Assembly: GCA_028280145.1 (NCBI GenBank)
Contig: JANQMM010000063.1
Span: forward strand, 1 to 53,385
Origin: Minisyncoccota bacterium
Lineage (GTDB): Bacteria > Patescibacteriota > Minisyncoccia > Phycocordibacterales > JACZSL01
Length of the DNA: 53,385 nt
Direction of reading: 5' to 3'
Of this stretch, positions 18,634 through 29,260 are shown one piece after another (within the stretch, counting starts at the first letter, position 1; every line of letters begins with the position of its first letter). Position numbers and translations under genes: made by a program. The notes below the pieces were generated by a model, which saw only the letters and a list, made by a program, of their open reading frames with translations, did no database searches and was not told where the DNA came from.

Positions 18634-21216
18634 ATGGAGATTTTCAAGAAACAACGGGAAGAAGGTGATCATACAGAGCATCACACGGAGCACGAAACAC
18701 AGCTTTCTCAAGAAAGAACGGCAGATAACCGAGTCCTTGATACGTACTCATTCTGGACGTTTCTTGCCATGCTATTCCTCCTTCCTATCGTGTTCATTCC
18801 TTCAATTTCTATTCCATTTCAGTTCACGAAAACCATTTTGGTATTTGCCGGCGTACTCATTGCCCTCCTCATCACACTCATAGCACGACTCAAAGAAGGC
18901 AGATTAACACTACCGTCGCACTACCTCCTATACGCTGTCTGGGCGCTTCCGGTTGTGTATTTCATCTCGGCACTTTTCTCAGAAAGTCCCAAGGCGTCAT
19001 TTCTCGGTCAGGCACTTGAAATAGATACGTTCGCATTCATCACGCTCATGGCCGTCTTTGCCACACTTGTGGTTATGGTGATCCGTTCGAAAGAGCAGGT
19101 GCTTTCCTCGTACCTCATCCTTTTCACTTCCTTTATCGTTCTTTGGGTGTTCCAGGGACTTCGACTCATTTTCGGCCCTGATTTTCTTGCGTTCAACACA
19201 TTGACGCTTGCAACATCAAATGTATTCGGGAAATGGAACGACCTCTCTATCTTCTTTGGTCTTGCGACAGTGATGTCACTTGTAACGCTGGCGAGTCTTA
19301 AGCTGAGCGCGACATACAAGCGCGTGCTCTACGTAATGCTCATCGTCTCACTCTTCTTCCTTGCGGTGGTGAATTTCACCATTACATGGGCTATTGTTGG
19401 TCTCTTCGCTCTCGGGTTTCTTGTACACAGCGTGGGTATTACCCGCTTCAACTGGAAAAAAGCACAGCCACTTGCCTTGCATGAAGAGGTACCACCACAG
19501 GAAACGTCATCCAAGGGTGCCAAAAACATTTCTGCTGCCTCAGCAATAGTATTCGTTATTGCTCTACTCTTTGTCGGTTCAAGCTTTACGGAGAACGATC
19601 GTGTTGGAAATGCGCTTTCAAACACATTCAACATCTCACAAATAGAGGCTCGTCCGTCGTGGACCAGTACCATTGATATTGCAAGAGCATCGTATACGGA
19701 CAATGCCTTCCTTGGCTCAGGACCAAACACATTCGTAAAGGAATGGGTCACGTCTCGACCACAGGAACTTAATAATTCCATCTTCTGGAACGCGGACTTT
19801 GTTTCAGGTATCGGCATCATTCCGACTGCCTTTATAAGCGTGGGATTGATCGGTGGCCTGATATGGCTTCTTATCTTTGCCTCTTTTGTCTACAGCGGAT
19901 TTCGATCACTCATTCTTAATTCCGGAGACAATCGATTCTCGTACTACATCACCCTTTCATCATTCCTTGCAGGTCTCTACCTTTGGCTTCTGATGATCTT
20001 CTATACGCCGAATGTGGTGCTTGTTACGCTTGCATTCTTCTTCACCGGAATCTATCTTGCATCACTGCGCCACAACTCTGCAGGAAAGTTGCGAGAACGG
20101 ACATATGTCTTTGCAGGTAATCCTAAGACAGGGTTCGCCTCGGTCTTCACACTTACATTCCTTTTGCTTGTCACTATAGTTGCAGGCTGGTCTGCTTTCG
20201 GCATTTATCGTTCGGCTGTTGCGTTTCAGTCGGGTGTGATAGCGCTTAACGTAGACGGAGATATCGATCGGGCACAAGACCTGATCGCAAAATCTGCATC
20301 AATCTATGAAACAGACCGGCAGTACCGACTGCTTGCAGATATCAGTACTGCCCGCGTGATCGCTTTGCAATCAGCGACCGGCCTAAGTGAGGACGAGCTT
20401 CGGGAACAATTCCAGTTCCGGCTTGCTCAGGCAATTGAAGCCGGACAAAAAGCGACTGAACTTGATCCGAATAACTATCAAAACTGGCTTTCACTCGGAC
20501 GTGTGTACCAGTCAGTTGTTCCACTTCGCATTGAAGGGGCATATGAAAACGCGCAAAACAGTTTTGATCAGGCACTTGAACTGAACCCGAATGGCCCGGC
20601 GACCTACCTTACAATGGCGCGACTTGAGGTTGCAAATGGAGACACGCTTAGAGCTCGTGACCACATCGCATCAGCGTTGCAACTCAAAAGCAATTATACC
20701 GAAGCCATTTTCCTCCTTTCACAGCTTGAGATCAGTGAAGGCAATGTCGATGAAGCGATTGCTTCGATCGAAGCGGCGGCAATTCTGACACAGAATAACC
20801 CGGTGATTTTCTTCCAGCTTGGACTTCTCAAGTACAACCAGACCGATTACGAAGGTGCTCAGACCGCGTTTAGGCGTGCGGTGCAGTTGAGCAATGATTA
20901 TGCAAATGCACTGTACTTCCTCGGTCTTACAGAGGACAGACTTGGGAATACGGATGACGCTATCGTATTCTTCGAAAGGGTCTCAGCGCTTAATCCCAAC
21001 AACGAAGAGGTGATATCAATTCTTGAGAACCTCAATGCCGGAAGGGCACCATTTGCCGGGCAGACACCTGAGCCGCCGGCTATTCCTGACGAGCTTCCTT
21101 TTGAAGAATCTCCTGAAGGAGAAACAGCAGATACCGACACTCTTGATATAGAGGAAGACGAAGAGGCAGGTGAGGGCGACGAAGCGTCTGATGAGGAAGA
21201 ACCTACTGAAGGCTAG
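18634..21216 (+). CDS. Polytopic membrane protein (O-antigen ligase/Wzy_C-like) with C-terminal TPRs
   Basis: About 13 TM segments, periplasmic FLGSGPNTF loop, repeated ALELNP/AVQLSNDY TPR signatures, acidic tail. Confidence 0.75.
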   Translation: MEIFKKQREEGDHTEHHTEHETQLSQERTADNRVLDTYSFWTFLAMLFLLPIVFIPSISIPFQFTKTILVFAGVLIALLITLIARLKEGRLTLPSHYLLYAVWALPVVYFISALFSESPKASFLGQALEIDTFAFITLMAVFATLVVMVIRSKEQVLSSYLILFTSFIVLWVFQGLRLIFGPDFLAFNTLTLATSNVFGKWNDLSIFFGLATVMSLVTLASLKLSATYKRVLYVMLIVSLFFLAVVNFTITWAIVGLFALGFLVHSVGITRFNWKKAQPLALHEEVPPQETSSKGAKNISAASAIVFVIALLFVGSSFTENDRVGNALSNTFNISQIEARPSWTSTIDIARASYTDNAFLGSGPNTFVKEWVTSRPQELNNSIFWNADFVSGIGIIPTAFISVGLIGGLIWLLIFASFVYSGFRSLILNSGDNRFSYYITLSSFLAGLYLWLLMIFYTPNVVLVTLAFFFTGIYLASLRHNSAGKLRERTYVFAGNPKTGFASVFTLTFLLLVTIVAGWSAFGIYRSAVAFQSGVIALNVDGDIDRAQDLIAKSASIYETDRQYRLLADISTARVIALQSATGLSEDELREQFQFRLAQAIEAGQKATELDPNNYQNWLSLGRVYQSVVPLRIEGAYENAQNSFDQALELNPNGPATYLTMARLEVANGDTLRARDHIASALQLKSNYTEAIFLLSQLEISEGNVDEAIASIEAAAILTQNNPVIFFQLGLLKYNQTDYEGAQTAFRRAVQLSNDYANALYFLGLTEDRLGNTDDAIVFFERVSALNPNNEEVISILENLNAGRAPFAGQTPEPPAIPDELPFEESPEGETADTDTLDIEEDEEAGEGDEASDEEEPTEG

Positions 21217-21257
21217 GTTGGTTCTAGACACTACCCCCACTACATAAACGGGATAGA

Positions 21258-22922
21258 ATGGTTAGACGAATCTTACATGTACTTCAAAAAGAGGTACGCG
21301 GTCTCCATGAGGCAGCGTACCTTTTAGGTGTATTTGCCGCACTCTCCCAAATACTTGCGCTTATTCGTGACAGATTGCTCACCCATTCTTTTGGTGCAGG
21401 CGAGATATTGGATGTCTATTACGCGGCATTTCGAATTCCTGACTTCATCTTTGTCACCGTTGCATCCATTGTTTCACTTTCCGTACTCATTCCGTTTCTT
21501 GTTGAGAAAACGAATACGTCACGGTCTGCCGGACAATCGTTTATTGGAGGCGTCTTCAGCTTCTTTGCTCTCTCCATGCTTGTCGTTGGTGGTGTGGCGT
21601 TCATGCTTGCTCCATATCTTCTTGCGAAACTGTTTCCGGGCTTCAGTGGAGAGGCGTTTGATGATCTGGTGTTGGTAACCCGAATATTGCTTCTTCAGCC
21701 GATCCTTCTTGGTGCTTCAAGCCTTTTTGCATCCGTGGTGCACGTGTATCGCAAATTCATGCTTTATGCAGTAAGTCCGCTTCTCTACAACATAGGCATC
21801 ATCATTGGTATTCTTTTCTTTTACGATATTTTCGGTATCGCGGGGCTTGCCTACGGAGTGGTATTGGGAGCACTGTTACATCTTGGGATACAAATACCAT
21901 TCATTGTAAGTAGCGGGTATTTGCCGCGATTTCAAGTTACTCATCACTTTGGGGAGATCAAACGGATCATCCTTCTCTCCCTTCCGCGAACGCTGGCTCT
22001 TTCTTCAAATCATATCGCATTATTTGTACTCATTGGTCTTGCCTCAGTGATGAGTATCGGGTCTATTTCCGTCTTTACTCTTGCCTTCAACCTTCAGTCC
22101 GTGCCACTTGCCATCATAGGGGCAAGTTATTCCGTCGCCGCGTTTCCAACGCTTGCACGACTTTTCAATAATGGTAATCGTGAGAAATTCTTTGAACACA
22201 TCGTGGTGGCGACCCGACATATCATCTTCTGGTCATTTCCGGCGATCGCACTCTTTATTGTGCTTCGGGCACAGATCGTACGTGTCATTCTGGGAACCGG
22301 TGAGTTTACCTGGACTGATACACGACTGACTGCCGCGGCACTTGCCCTTTTTGCTCTCTCACTCGTTGCACAAAGCCTTGTGCTTCTTTTTGTGCGTGGC
22401 TATTATGCGGCAGGGAAAACAGCAAAACCGGTCTTGATCAATGTTTTTTCATCAGTGCTTATTATTATTTTCGCGTTTCTCTTTAAGCATCTCTACGAAA
22501 CAGTGCCGACGTGGCAGTATTTCTTTGAATCACTTCTTCGTGTTGAGGGGATTGAGGGAACGATCGTACTCATGCTTCCGTTTGCTTATTCATGCGCACT
22601 TCTTATTAATGCCGCGCTATTCTGGGTAAGTTTTCAGTATGATTTCAAACGCTTTTCAAAGGCACTCTCAGTCACTTTTTTCCAGAGCCTTGCCGGAGCG
22701 GTGGTCATGGGGTTTGTGTCGTGGCGGATGCTTGAGTTGCTTGATGACGTGTTTGATATAAACACATTTCTTGGTATCTTTGGGCAGGGACTCATTGCCG
22801 GCATTGTGGGTATATGCTTTGGCGTTCTGACTCTCAAATTACTTCGAAGTAAGGAGCTTACGGAAGTGTGGAAGTCTCTCCACAGTAAATTCTGGAAAAC
22901 AACAGTTATTTCTTCCGAATAA
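21258..22922 (+). CDS. murJ: Lipid II flippase MurJ (MviN)
   Basis: LALIRDRLL..FGAG..LDVYYAAFRIPD; AFNLQSVPLAIIG; RGYYA. Confidence 0.9.
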   Translation: MVRRILHVLQKEVRGLHEAAYLLGVFAALSQILALIRDRLLTHSFGAGEILDVYYAAFRIPDFIFVTVASIVSLSVLIPFLVEKTNTSRSAGQSFIGGVFSFFALSMLVVGGVAFMLAPYLLAKLFPGFSGEAFDDLVLVTRILLLQPILLGASSLFASVVHVYRKFMLYAVSPLLYNIGIIIGILFFYDIFGIAGLAYGVVLGALLHLGIQIPFIVSSGYLPRFQVTHHFGEIKRIILLSLPRTLALSSNHIALFVLIGLASVMSIGSISVFTLAFNLQSVPLAIIGASYSVAAFPTLARLFNNGNREKFFEHIVVATRHIIFWSFPAIALFIVLRAQIVRVILGTGEFTWTDTRLTAAALALFALSLVAQSLVLLFVRGYYAAGKTAKPVLINVFSSVLIIIFAFLFKHLYETVPTWQYFFESLLRVEGIEGTIVLMLPFAYSCALLINAALFWVSFQYDFKRFSKALSVTFFQSLAGAVVMGFVSWRMLELLDDVFDINTFLGIFGQGLIAGIVGICFGVLTLKLLRSKELTEVWKSLHSKFWKTTVISSE

Positions 22923-22923
22923 C

Positions 22924-24714
22924 ATGGACACAAAACACATAAGAAATTTTTCTATCATCGCACATATCGATCACGGGAAGTCCACGCTTGCCGACAGGAT
23001 GCTTGAGATCACCAACACTGTTGAAGCCCGCAAAATGAAAGACCAGGTGCTTGACCAGATGGAACTTGAACGGGAGCGGGGCATTACGATCAAGATGCAG
23101 CCGGTTACTATGCGGCATAAAAAGAGCGAGGAATTATACACACTAAATCTCATAGATACTCCCGGACACATAGACTTTTCGTATGAAGTGTCGCGCGCGC
23201 TAAAGGCCGTTGAAGGAACGGTGCTTTTGGTAGACAGCACGCAAGGGGTTCAAGCACAAACCCTTACGACACTCAATCTTGCAAAGGAATTCGGGCTTAC
23301 TATTATACCCGCGCTTTCCAAGATAGATTCACCGCTTGCGCGTGTTGATGAAGTAAAAGAGGAGGTAATGAATCTTTTGGAATGTGACGAGAGCGATATT
23401 CTGCTATGTTCAGGGAAGACCGGAGAAGGTGTCAGAGAATTGCTTGATGTGGTGGTAGAGAGGATTCCGGAGCCAACCTTTGAAGTAGAAGATGATTTTC
23501 GTTCACTCATATTTGATTTTCAATATTCCAATCATAGAGGTGTGATCGTCTTCATCCGAACTTTCGACGGGTCGGTCAAGAAAGGCGATGTACTTCGCTT
23601 TAGCGCAACAGGCCGTAAATTTACCGCACTTGAAGTAGGCATCTTCTCTCCGGAAGAGACGCCGACAGAAAAACTGGAAAAAGGAAGCATCGGGTATGTT
23701 GTAACAGGTATTAAGCAGGCAGGCGTGGCGTCGGTCGGAGATACCCTTACGTATGACAAAAGTTCACTTACAGCATATGACGGATACATGCAGCCAAGCT
23801 CTGTCGTGTGGGCCAGCGTGTACCCTGAAAGCCAGGATGATTTTACGGAATTGAAACAATCACTTGACCGGCTCCAGCTTTCGGATTCATCACTTTCATT
23901 TGAGGAAGAGAGCTCAGGTGTATTGGGGCGTGGTTTTCGATGCGGCTTTCTTGGTATGCTTCATCTTGAGATCGTAACTGAACGACTAAGACGAGAGTTC
24001 GATCTGGACCTTACCGTAACACTTCCAAGTATCACGTATGAAGCTGAGCTCAAAAACGGAAAAAGAGCTGTCATATATTCACCCATACATTTTCCGGATG
24101 ACGGGTCGGTCGCGCGAGTGTTCGAGCCATGGGTTGAAATACAGCTCATAACACCAAGCGAGTATATCAGCGCGATAATGCAACTTTTGTATGAACATGA
24201 AGCAGTAATAGGGGTAAGTGAAACATTTGGTGACGGGAGAACGATGTTCCTGATCGAGATGCCACTGCGAGAGCTGATGCGCAATTTCTTTGCGAGGATA
24301 AAGACCGCATCAAGCGGGTTTGCTTCTTTGTCGTATTCCATAGGGGATCTAAGGCCCGCAGATGTCGTAAGGCTTGACATGTTGGTTGCAGAAGAACTTG
24401 TTCCGGCCTTTTCAAAAGTGGTCTCACGCAGACGTGTTCAGGAAGAGGCAGAGACGATGGTGGACAAGTTGTATAAGAGTTTGCCACGCCAGCAAATAGT
24501 CACAAAAATTCAGGCAAAGTCCATGGGACGTATTCTTTCCGCAAAGAAGCTCTCAGCAATGAAAAAAGATGTCACCGCAGGTCTTTATGGAGGGGATATT
24601 ACCCGAAAGATGAAGCTTCGGGAGAAACAAAAGAAGGGCAAGAAAAAAATGCAGGCACACGGAAAGGTGAATATTCCACATGAAGTGTTCATCAAAATGA
24701 TCCAATCGGAATAA
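22924..24714 (+). CDS. lepA: Elongation factor 4 (LepA)
   Basis: IRNFSIIAHIDHGKSTLADR, GFRCGFLGMLHLEI, YGGDITRKMKL. Confidence 0.98.
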   Translation: MDTKHIRNFSIIAHIDHGKSTLADRMLEITNTVEARKMKDQVLDQMELERERGITIKMQPVTMRHKKSEELYTLNLIDTPGHIDFSYEVSRALKAVEGTVLLVDSTQGVQAQTLTTLNLAKEFGLTIIPALSKIDSPLARVDEVKEEVMNLLECDESDILLCSGKTGEGVRELLDVVVERIPEPTFEVEDDFRSLIFDFQYSNHRGVIVFIRTFDGSVKKGDVLRFSATGRKFTALEVGIFSPEETPTEKLEKGSIGYVVTGIKQAGVASVGDTLTYDKSSLTAYDGYMQPSSVVWASVYPESQDDFTELKQSLDRLQLSDSSLSFEEESSGVLGRGFRCGFLGMLHLEIVTERLRREFDLDLTVTLPSITYEAELKNGKRAVIYSPIHFPDDGSVARVFEPWVEIQLITPSEYISAIMQLLYEHEAVIGVSETFGDGRTMFLIEMPLRELMRNFFARIKTASSGFASLSYSIGDLRPADVVRLDMLVAEELVPAFSKVVSRRRVQEEAETMVDKLYKSLPRQQIVTKIQAKSMGRILSAKKLSAMKKDVTAGLYGGDITRKMKLREKQKKGKKKMQAHGKVNIPHEVFIKMIQSE

Positions 24715-24741
24715 AAAAAGCCCCGCGCACCGCGGGGCTTT
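24713..24741. terminator. Terminator between convergent genes
   Basis: AAAAAAAGCCCCGCG-cac-CGCGGGGCTTT. Confidence 0.75.
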
Positions 24742-24755
24742 CGCATCAATCCCCT

Positions 24756-24956
24756 TCATTGGGGTCTGTTGTCTCGAAATCGCTTCCTGAGCTCCTTGGC
24801 ATGGATCCGTTCGACCGCGAATGAACGTGGTGTCAACAGGGCCCGAAGCAACAGGGGCATTTCTGTTCGTTCGTTGTCGTAGAACTTGATGATGCGGGTG
24901 CGAAACACCAAAAGAAGCATCACAAGCCCCAACAACACGATAACTGCAAGGCTCAT
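24756..24956 (-). CDS. Small single-TM hypothetical protein (66 aa)
   Basis: Strong GGAGG RBS 7 nt upstream; hydrophobic N-terminus; terminator downstream. Confidence 0.6.
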   Translation of the reverse strand: MSLAVIVLLGLVMLLLVFRTRIIKFYDNERTEMPLLLRALLTPRSFAVERIHAKELRKRFRDNRPQ

Positions 24957-25026
24957 CTCTCAACCTCCGTCTCGTTGATACGGAATTTATGATGCCATTA
25001 TCACACGCCAACTGTCAAACAGTTGC

Positions 25027-25119
25027 TTAGAACGGCAGTCCGTGCCCCGGAGGAGCAAAATAGAGCAAGGTCATGCTCAAAATGATGAGGATGCTGACAA
25101 CGATCCCCATACCCTTCAT
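25027..25119 (-). CDS. Possible 30-aa hydrophobic micropeptide
   Basis: MKGMGIVVSILIILSMTLLYFAPPGHGLPF*; below the ORF track cut-off; no clear RBS. Confidence 0.3.
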   Translation of the reverse strand: MKGMGIVVSILIILSMTLLYFAPPGHGLPF

Positions 25120-25243
25120 AAATTTTTGTGCTTTTTTGCCAAACATAGCTAATATCTGTCTTTACCTTGTTTGGTATAATATAGCATGAGATTTTCCGTA
25201 GGGAAAACCTGACACCAAGCACTAAGCCACTAAGCACTAGCAC

Positions 25244-25618
25244 ATGTTTGATTTTCACGAAAAAAGAAAGGCTCGTACCATCCTGTATTCCAAGCCGTTG
25301 TTGCTCTTCTTGGCGCTTATTGTGATCGGTATGACATATAGCGTGTACGGAGCGCTTGAAAAGGAACGAGATACAAGAACGACGCGAGACCAACGCGCTA
25401 CGGTACTTGACGAACTCCATATCCGTGAACATGTACTGCAACAGGAGATTGATCGTCTGAATACCGAAAAGGGGATCGAGTCGGAGATCCGTAGCAAATT
25501 TGAAGTCGCAAAGGACGGAGAGGAGGTGATCATTATCGTTGAAGCACCTGAAGAAGCGGAAGAAGATGTTGTCCCGGAAGAGGAGAAAGGCTTTTGGGCG
25601 AGACTTTTTGATTTCTGA
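25244..25618 (+). CDS. Septum formation initiator family (FtsB/DivIC-like)
   Basis: TM helix, then coiled coil, then GIESEIRSKFEVAKDGEEVIIIV. Confidence 0.8.
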   Translation: MFDFHEKRKARTILYSKPLLLFLALIVIGMTYSVYGALEKERDTRTTRDQRATVLDELHIREHVLQQEIDRLNTEKGIESEIRSKFEVAKDGEEVIIIVEAPEEAEEDVVPEEEKGFWARLFDF

Positions 25619-25701
25619 GACTTGCATCACTCATGTGATATAATGTATGGACTCTTAAGAGAGCTATCGTTGCGTTATTTTATTTAGTTTAAAAAATATT
25701 T

Positions 25702-25953
25702 ATGGATAAGAAGATCGAAATTTATAGCACGCCGACCTGTCATTATTGTCAGATGACAAAGGAATTCTTGAAGGAAAAAGGGATTGAATATACGGATTAC
25801 AATGTGGCGGAAGATGCTGACAGGCGCTCGGAGATGATCGAGAAAAGCGGACAGATGGGTGTACCCGTTATCCTTATCAGCGGCGGAGAAGGAGAGCCTG
25901 AAATGATGATTGGTTTTGACCAGGAGAAGTTGTCGATAGCACTTGGGTTATAG
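25702..25953 (+). CDS. Glutaredoxin / NrdH-redoxin
   Basis: IYSTPTCHYC, SGQMGVPVI, IGFDQ. Confidence 0.92.
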   Translation: MDKKIEIYSTPTCHYCQMTKEFLKEKGIEYTDYNVAEDADRRSEMIEKSGQMGVPVILISGGEGEPEMMIGFDQEKLSIALGL

Positions 25954-26089
25954 GATCGCAATGAAATAACTGAAAGAGTCGCCGCAAAGGCGATTTTTTC
26001 ATTGCAAGACGAACTGAAATACGTGCGCCGTACATCAGAAGTAGGTTAATTGAACAAACTTCTATTCGTATGATAAGGTAACACAATCA

Positions 26090-26164
26090 CTCCCCGTAGT
26101 TCAATGGATAGAACGGCTCCCTCCTAAGGAGCAGATGTAGGTTCGATTCCTACCGGGGAGACCA
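26090..26164 (+). tRNA. tRNA-Arg(CCT)
   Basis: Acceptor CTCCCCG/CGGGGAG, GCTCC-CTCCTAA-GGAGC, GTTCGATTC, encoded CCA. Confidence 0.95.
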
Positions 26165-26193
26165 CAGAATAAAGAAGTAATTGACCCTATGCC

Positions 26194-27477
<1,284 letters not shown>

Positions 27478-27509
27478 TCAAATTATTAAAGTAAGTTATA
27501 ATATCGTCG

Positions 27510-29177
27510 ATGGCTGTTATTACAATTTATGATACATCGGAGCTCGATAAGCGGCAATTAACAGCTGGCCTTGAGGAGACCGATCACCGCTATAATTTTG
27601 TTGAAGATAAGATTTCACTGGATAATCTTGATCCGGAATCCGAGATCATTTCGGTTTTTGTAAGTTCTACGGTCACACGAGAAATGATCGAAAGACTACC
27701 GAAGCTGACGCTTATCTGCTGTCGCTCAACCGGATACAACAATATCGATCTTGAAGCGGCAAAGGAGCGCAATATCACAGTGGTCAATGTTCCTACATAT
27801 GGAGATGTCACTGTAGCTGAATATGCATTCACAATGCTTTTGGCATTGACCCGCAAACTTGAAGAAGTGCTTGAGGCCGAGAATGAGCCGTTTGAAGCAA
27901 AGGAGCTTTCCGGACATGATCTTTCCGGAAAAACATTTGGAGTAATTGGCACCGGACGCATCGGGCAAAAGGCACTGAAGATCGCCAATGGTTTTTCCAT
28001 GCGAACTATTGCCTGTGACGCTTTCCCAAACGATGCTCTTACAAGTGAACTCAATTTTGCATATGTAAGCCTTGAGGAACTCTTGGCTCAGGCCGATATC
28101 ATTTCACTTCATGTGCCGTATAACCCCGATACACACCATCTGATGAATCGACAACGTCTTGAGTCCATGAAGTCGGGGGCAATTCTTATAAATACGGCTC
28201 GCGGTGCGCTTGTTGATACAAGAGCATTAGTAGAACTTTTGGATAATGGACATCTTGGTGGGGCCGCGCTCGACGTGGTCGAAGGTGAGAAACTTCTGGA
28301 TTACGAAGAACAGATGGCGCTTATTGCAAGTGGAGAAACAGAGGAGGATACGCTTCGTCACAGTGTTGAGATATCCGCGCTGAAAAAGATGCCTAATGTA
28401 ATAATCAGTCCGCATAATGCGTATAACACCATTGAGGCGATTGGTCGCATTAATGGAACCACTGTCCGGAATATCATAGGTTTTTATAACGGTGATATAC
28501 CCAATAAAGTTGGTGTAAAGCAAAAGTTAGGAAAACTTATTCTTCTTCGGCACACTCAGTCAGAATGGAATGCAAGCGGGACGTGGACGGGGCTCACTGA
28601 CATTTGTCTTAGCGAAAAGGGTCGGAAAGATTGCGTGCCTTTGGGGATTAAGTTGAAAGAGTTGGGCATAGATATCAATGTTGCTTGTCACACTGAACTG
28701 AGTCGTACCAAAGAAACACTTACGGGCGTGTGCCAGGTCATAGGAGAAGATGGTCTTGAGGTCATAAGCGAAAGCGCGTTTAATGAGCGGGATTACGGAA
28801 CATATACCGGCAAGAATAAATGGTCAGTCAAAGACGAACTTGGTGAAGAGGAGTTTAATAAACTCAGACGTGGTTGGGATGTGCATATTCCCGATGGAGA
28901 GACGCTTAAAATGGTATACGAGCGCGTGGTGCCGGCATACAATGACAAAATTTTGCCAATGCTACGGACGGGAAAGAATGTGCTCATCGTGGCTCACGGC
29001 AATAGCCTGCGGGCTTTGATCAAGCACCTTGAATCGGTCCCTGATGACGACATTGCAAGCGTAGAGATGCCGTTGTGTAAGATCATAATATACGAAGTGG
29101 ATCCCGTGACCGGCCTTAAGAAGTCAGTAGAGATAATCGAGACAGAAACCACACCAAATGAACCGGTGACCTGTTAA
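27510..29177 (+). CDS. Fusion of D-2-hydroxyacid (D-lactate-like) dehydrogenase and 2,3-BPG-dependent phosphoglycerate mutase
   Basis: N-half RSTGYNNID, GVIGTGRIG, INTARG, LDVVEGE, SPHNAY; C-half LLRHTQSEWN, NERDYG, AHGNSLR. Confidence 0.9.
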   Translation: MAVITIYDTSELDKRQLTAGLEETDHRYNFVEDKISLDNLDPESEIISVFVSSTVTREMIERLPKLTLICCRSTGYNNIDLEAAKERNITVVNVPTYGDVTVAEYAFTMLLALTRKLEEVLEAENEPFEAKELSGHDLSGKTFGVIGTGRIGQKALKIANGFSMRTIACDAFPNDALTSELNFAYVSLEELLAQADIISLHVPYNPDTHHLMNRQRLESMKSGAILINTARGALVDTRALVELLDNGHLGGAALDVVEGEKLLDYEEQMALIASGETEEDTLRHSVEISALKKMPNVIISPHNAYNTIEAIGRINGTTVRNIIGFYNGDIPNKVGVKQKLGKLILLRHTQSEWNASGTWTGLTDICLSEKGRKDCVPLGIKLKELGIDINVACHTELSRTKETLTGVCQVIGEDGLEVISESAFNERDYGTYTGKNKWSVKDELGEEEFNKLRRGWDVHIPDGETLKMVYERVVPAYNDKILPMLRTGKNVLIVAHGNSLRALIKHLESVPDDDIASVEMPLCKIIIYEVDPVTGLKKSVEIIETETTPNEPVTC

Positions 29178-29260
29178 AAATGATCGAAAAAGTGATAGAA
29201 TCAAGGGGTATAGTACTTAACTTAAGTGTTACACTTATATAATCTAAAGGGGAAAATTAT

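Noticed and set aside
25001..25630. 209-aa minus-strand ORF
   Set aside because: Antisense shadow of the FtsB-like gene with no recognisable motifs
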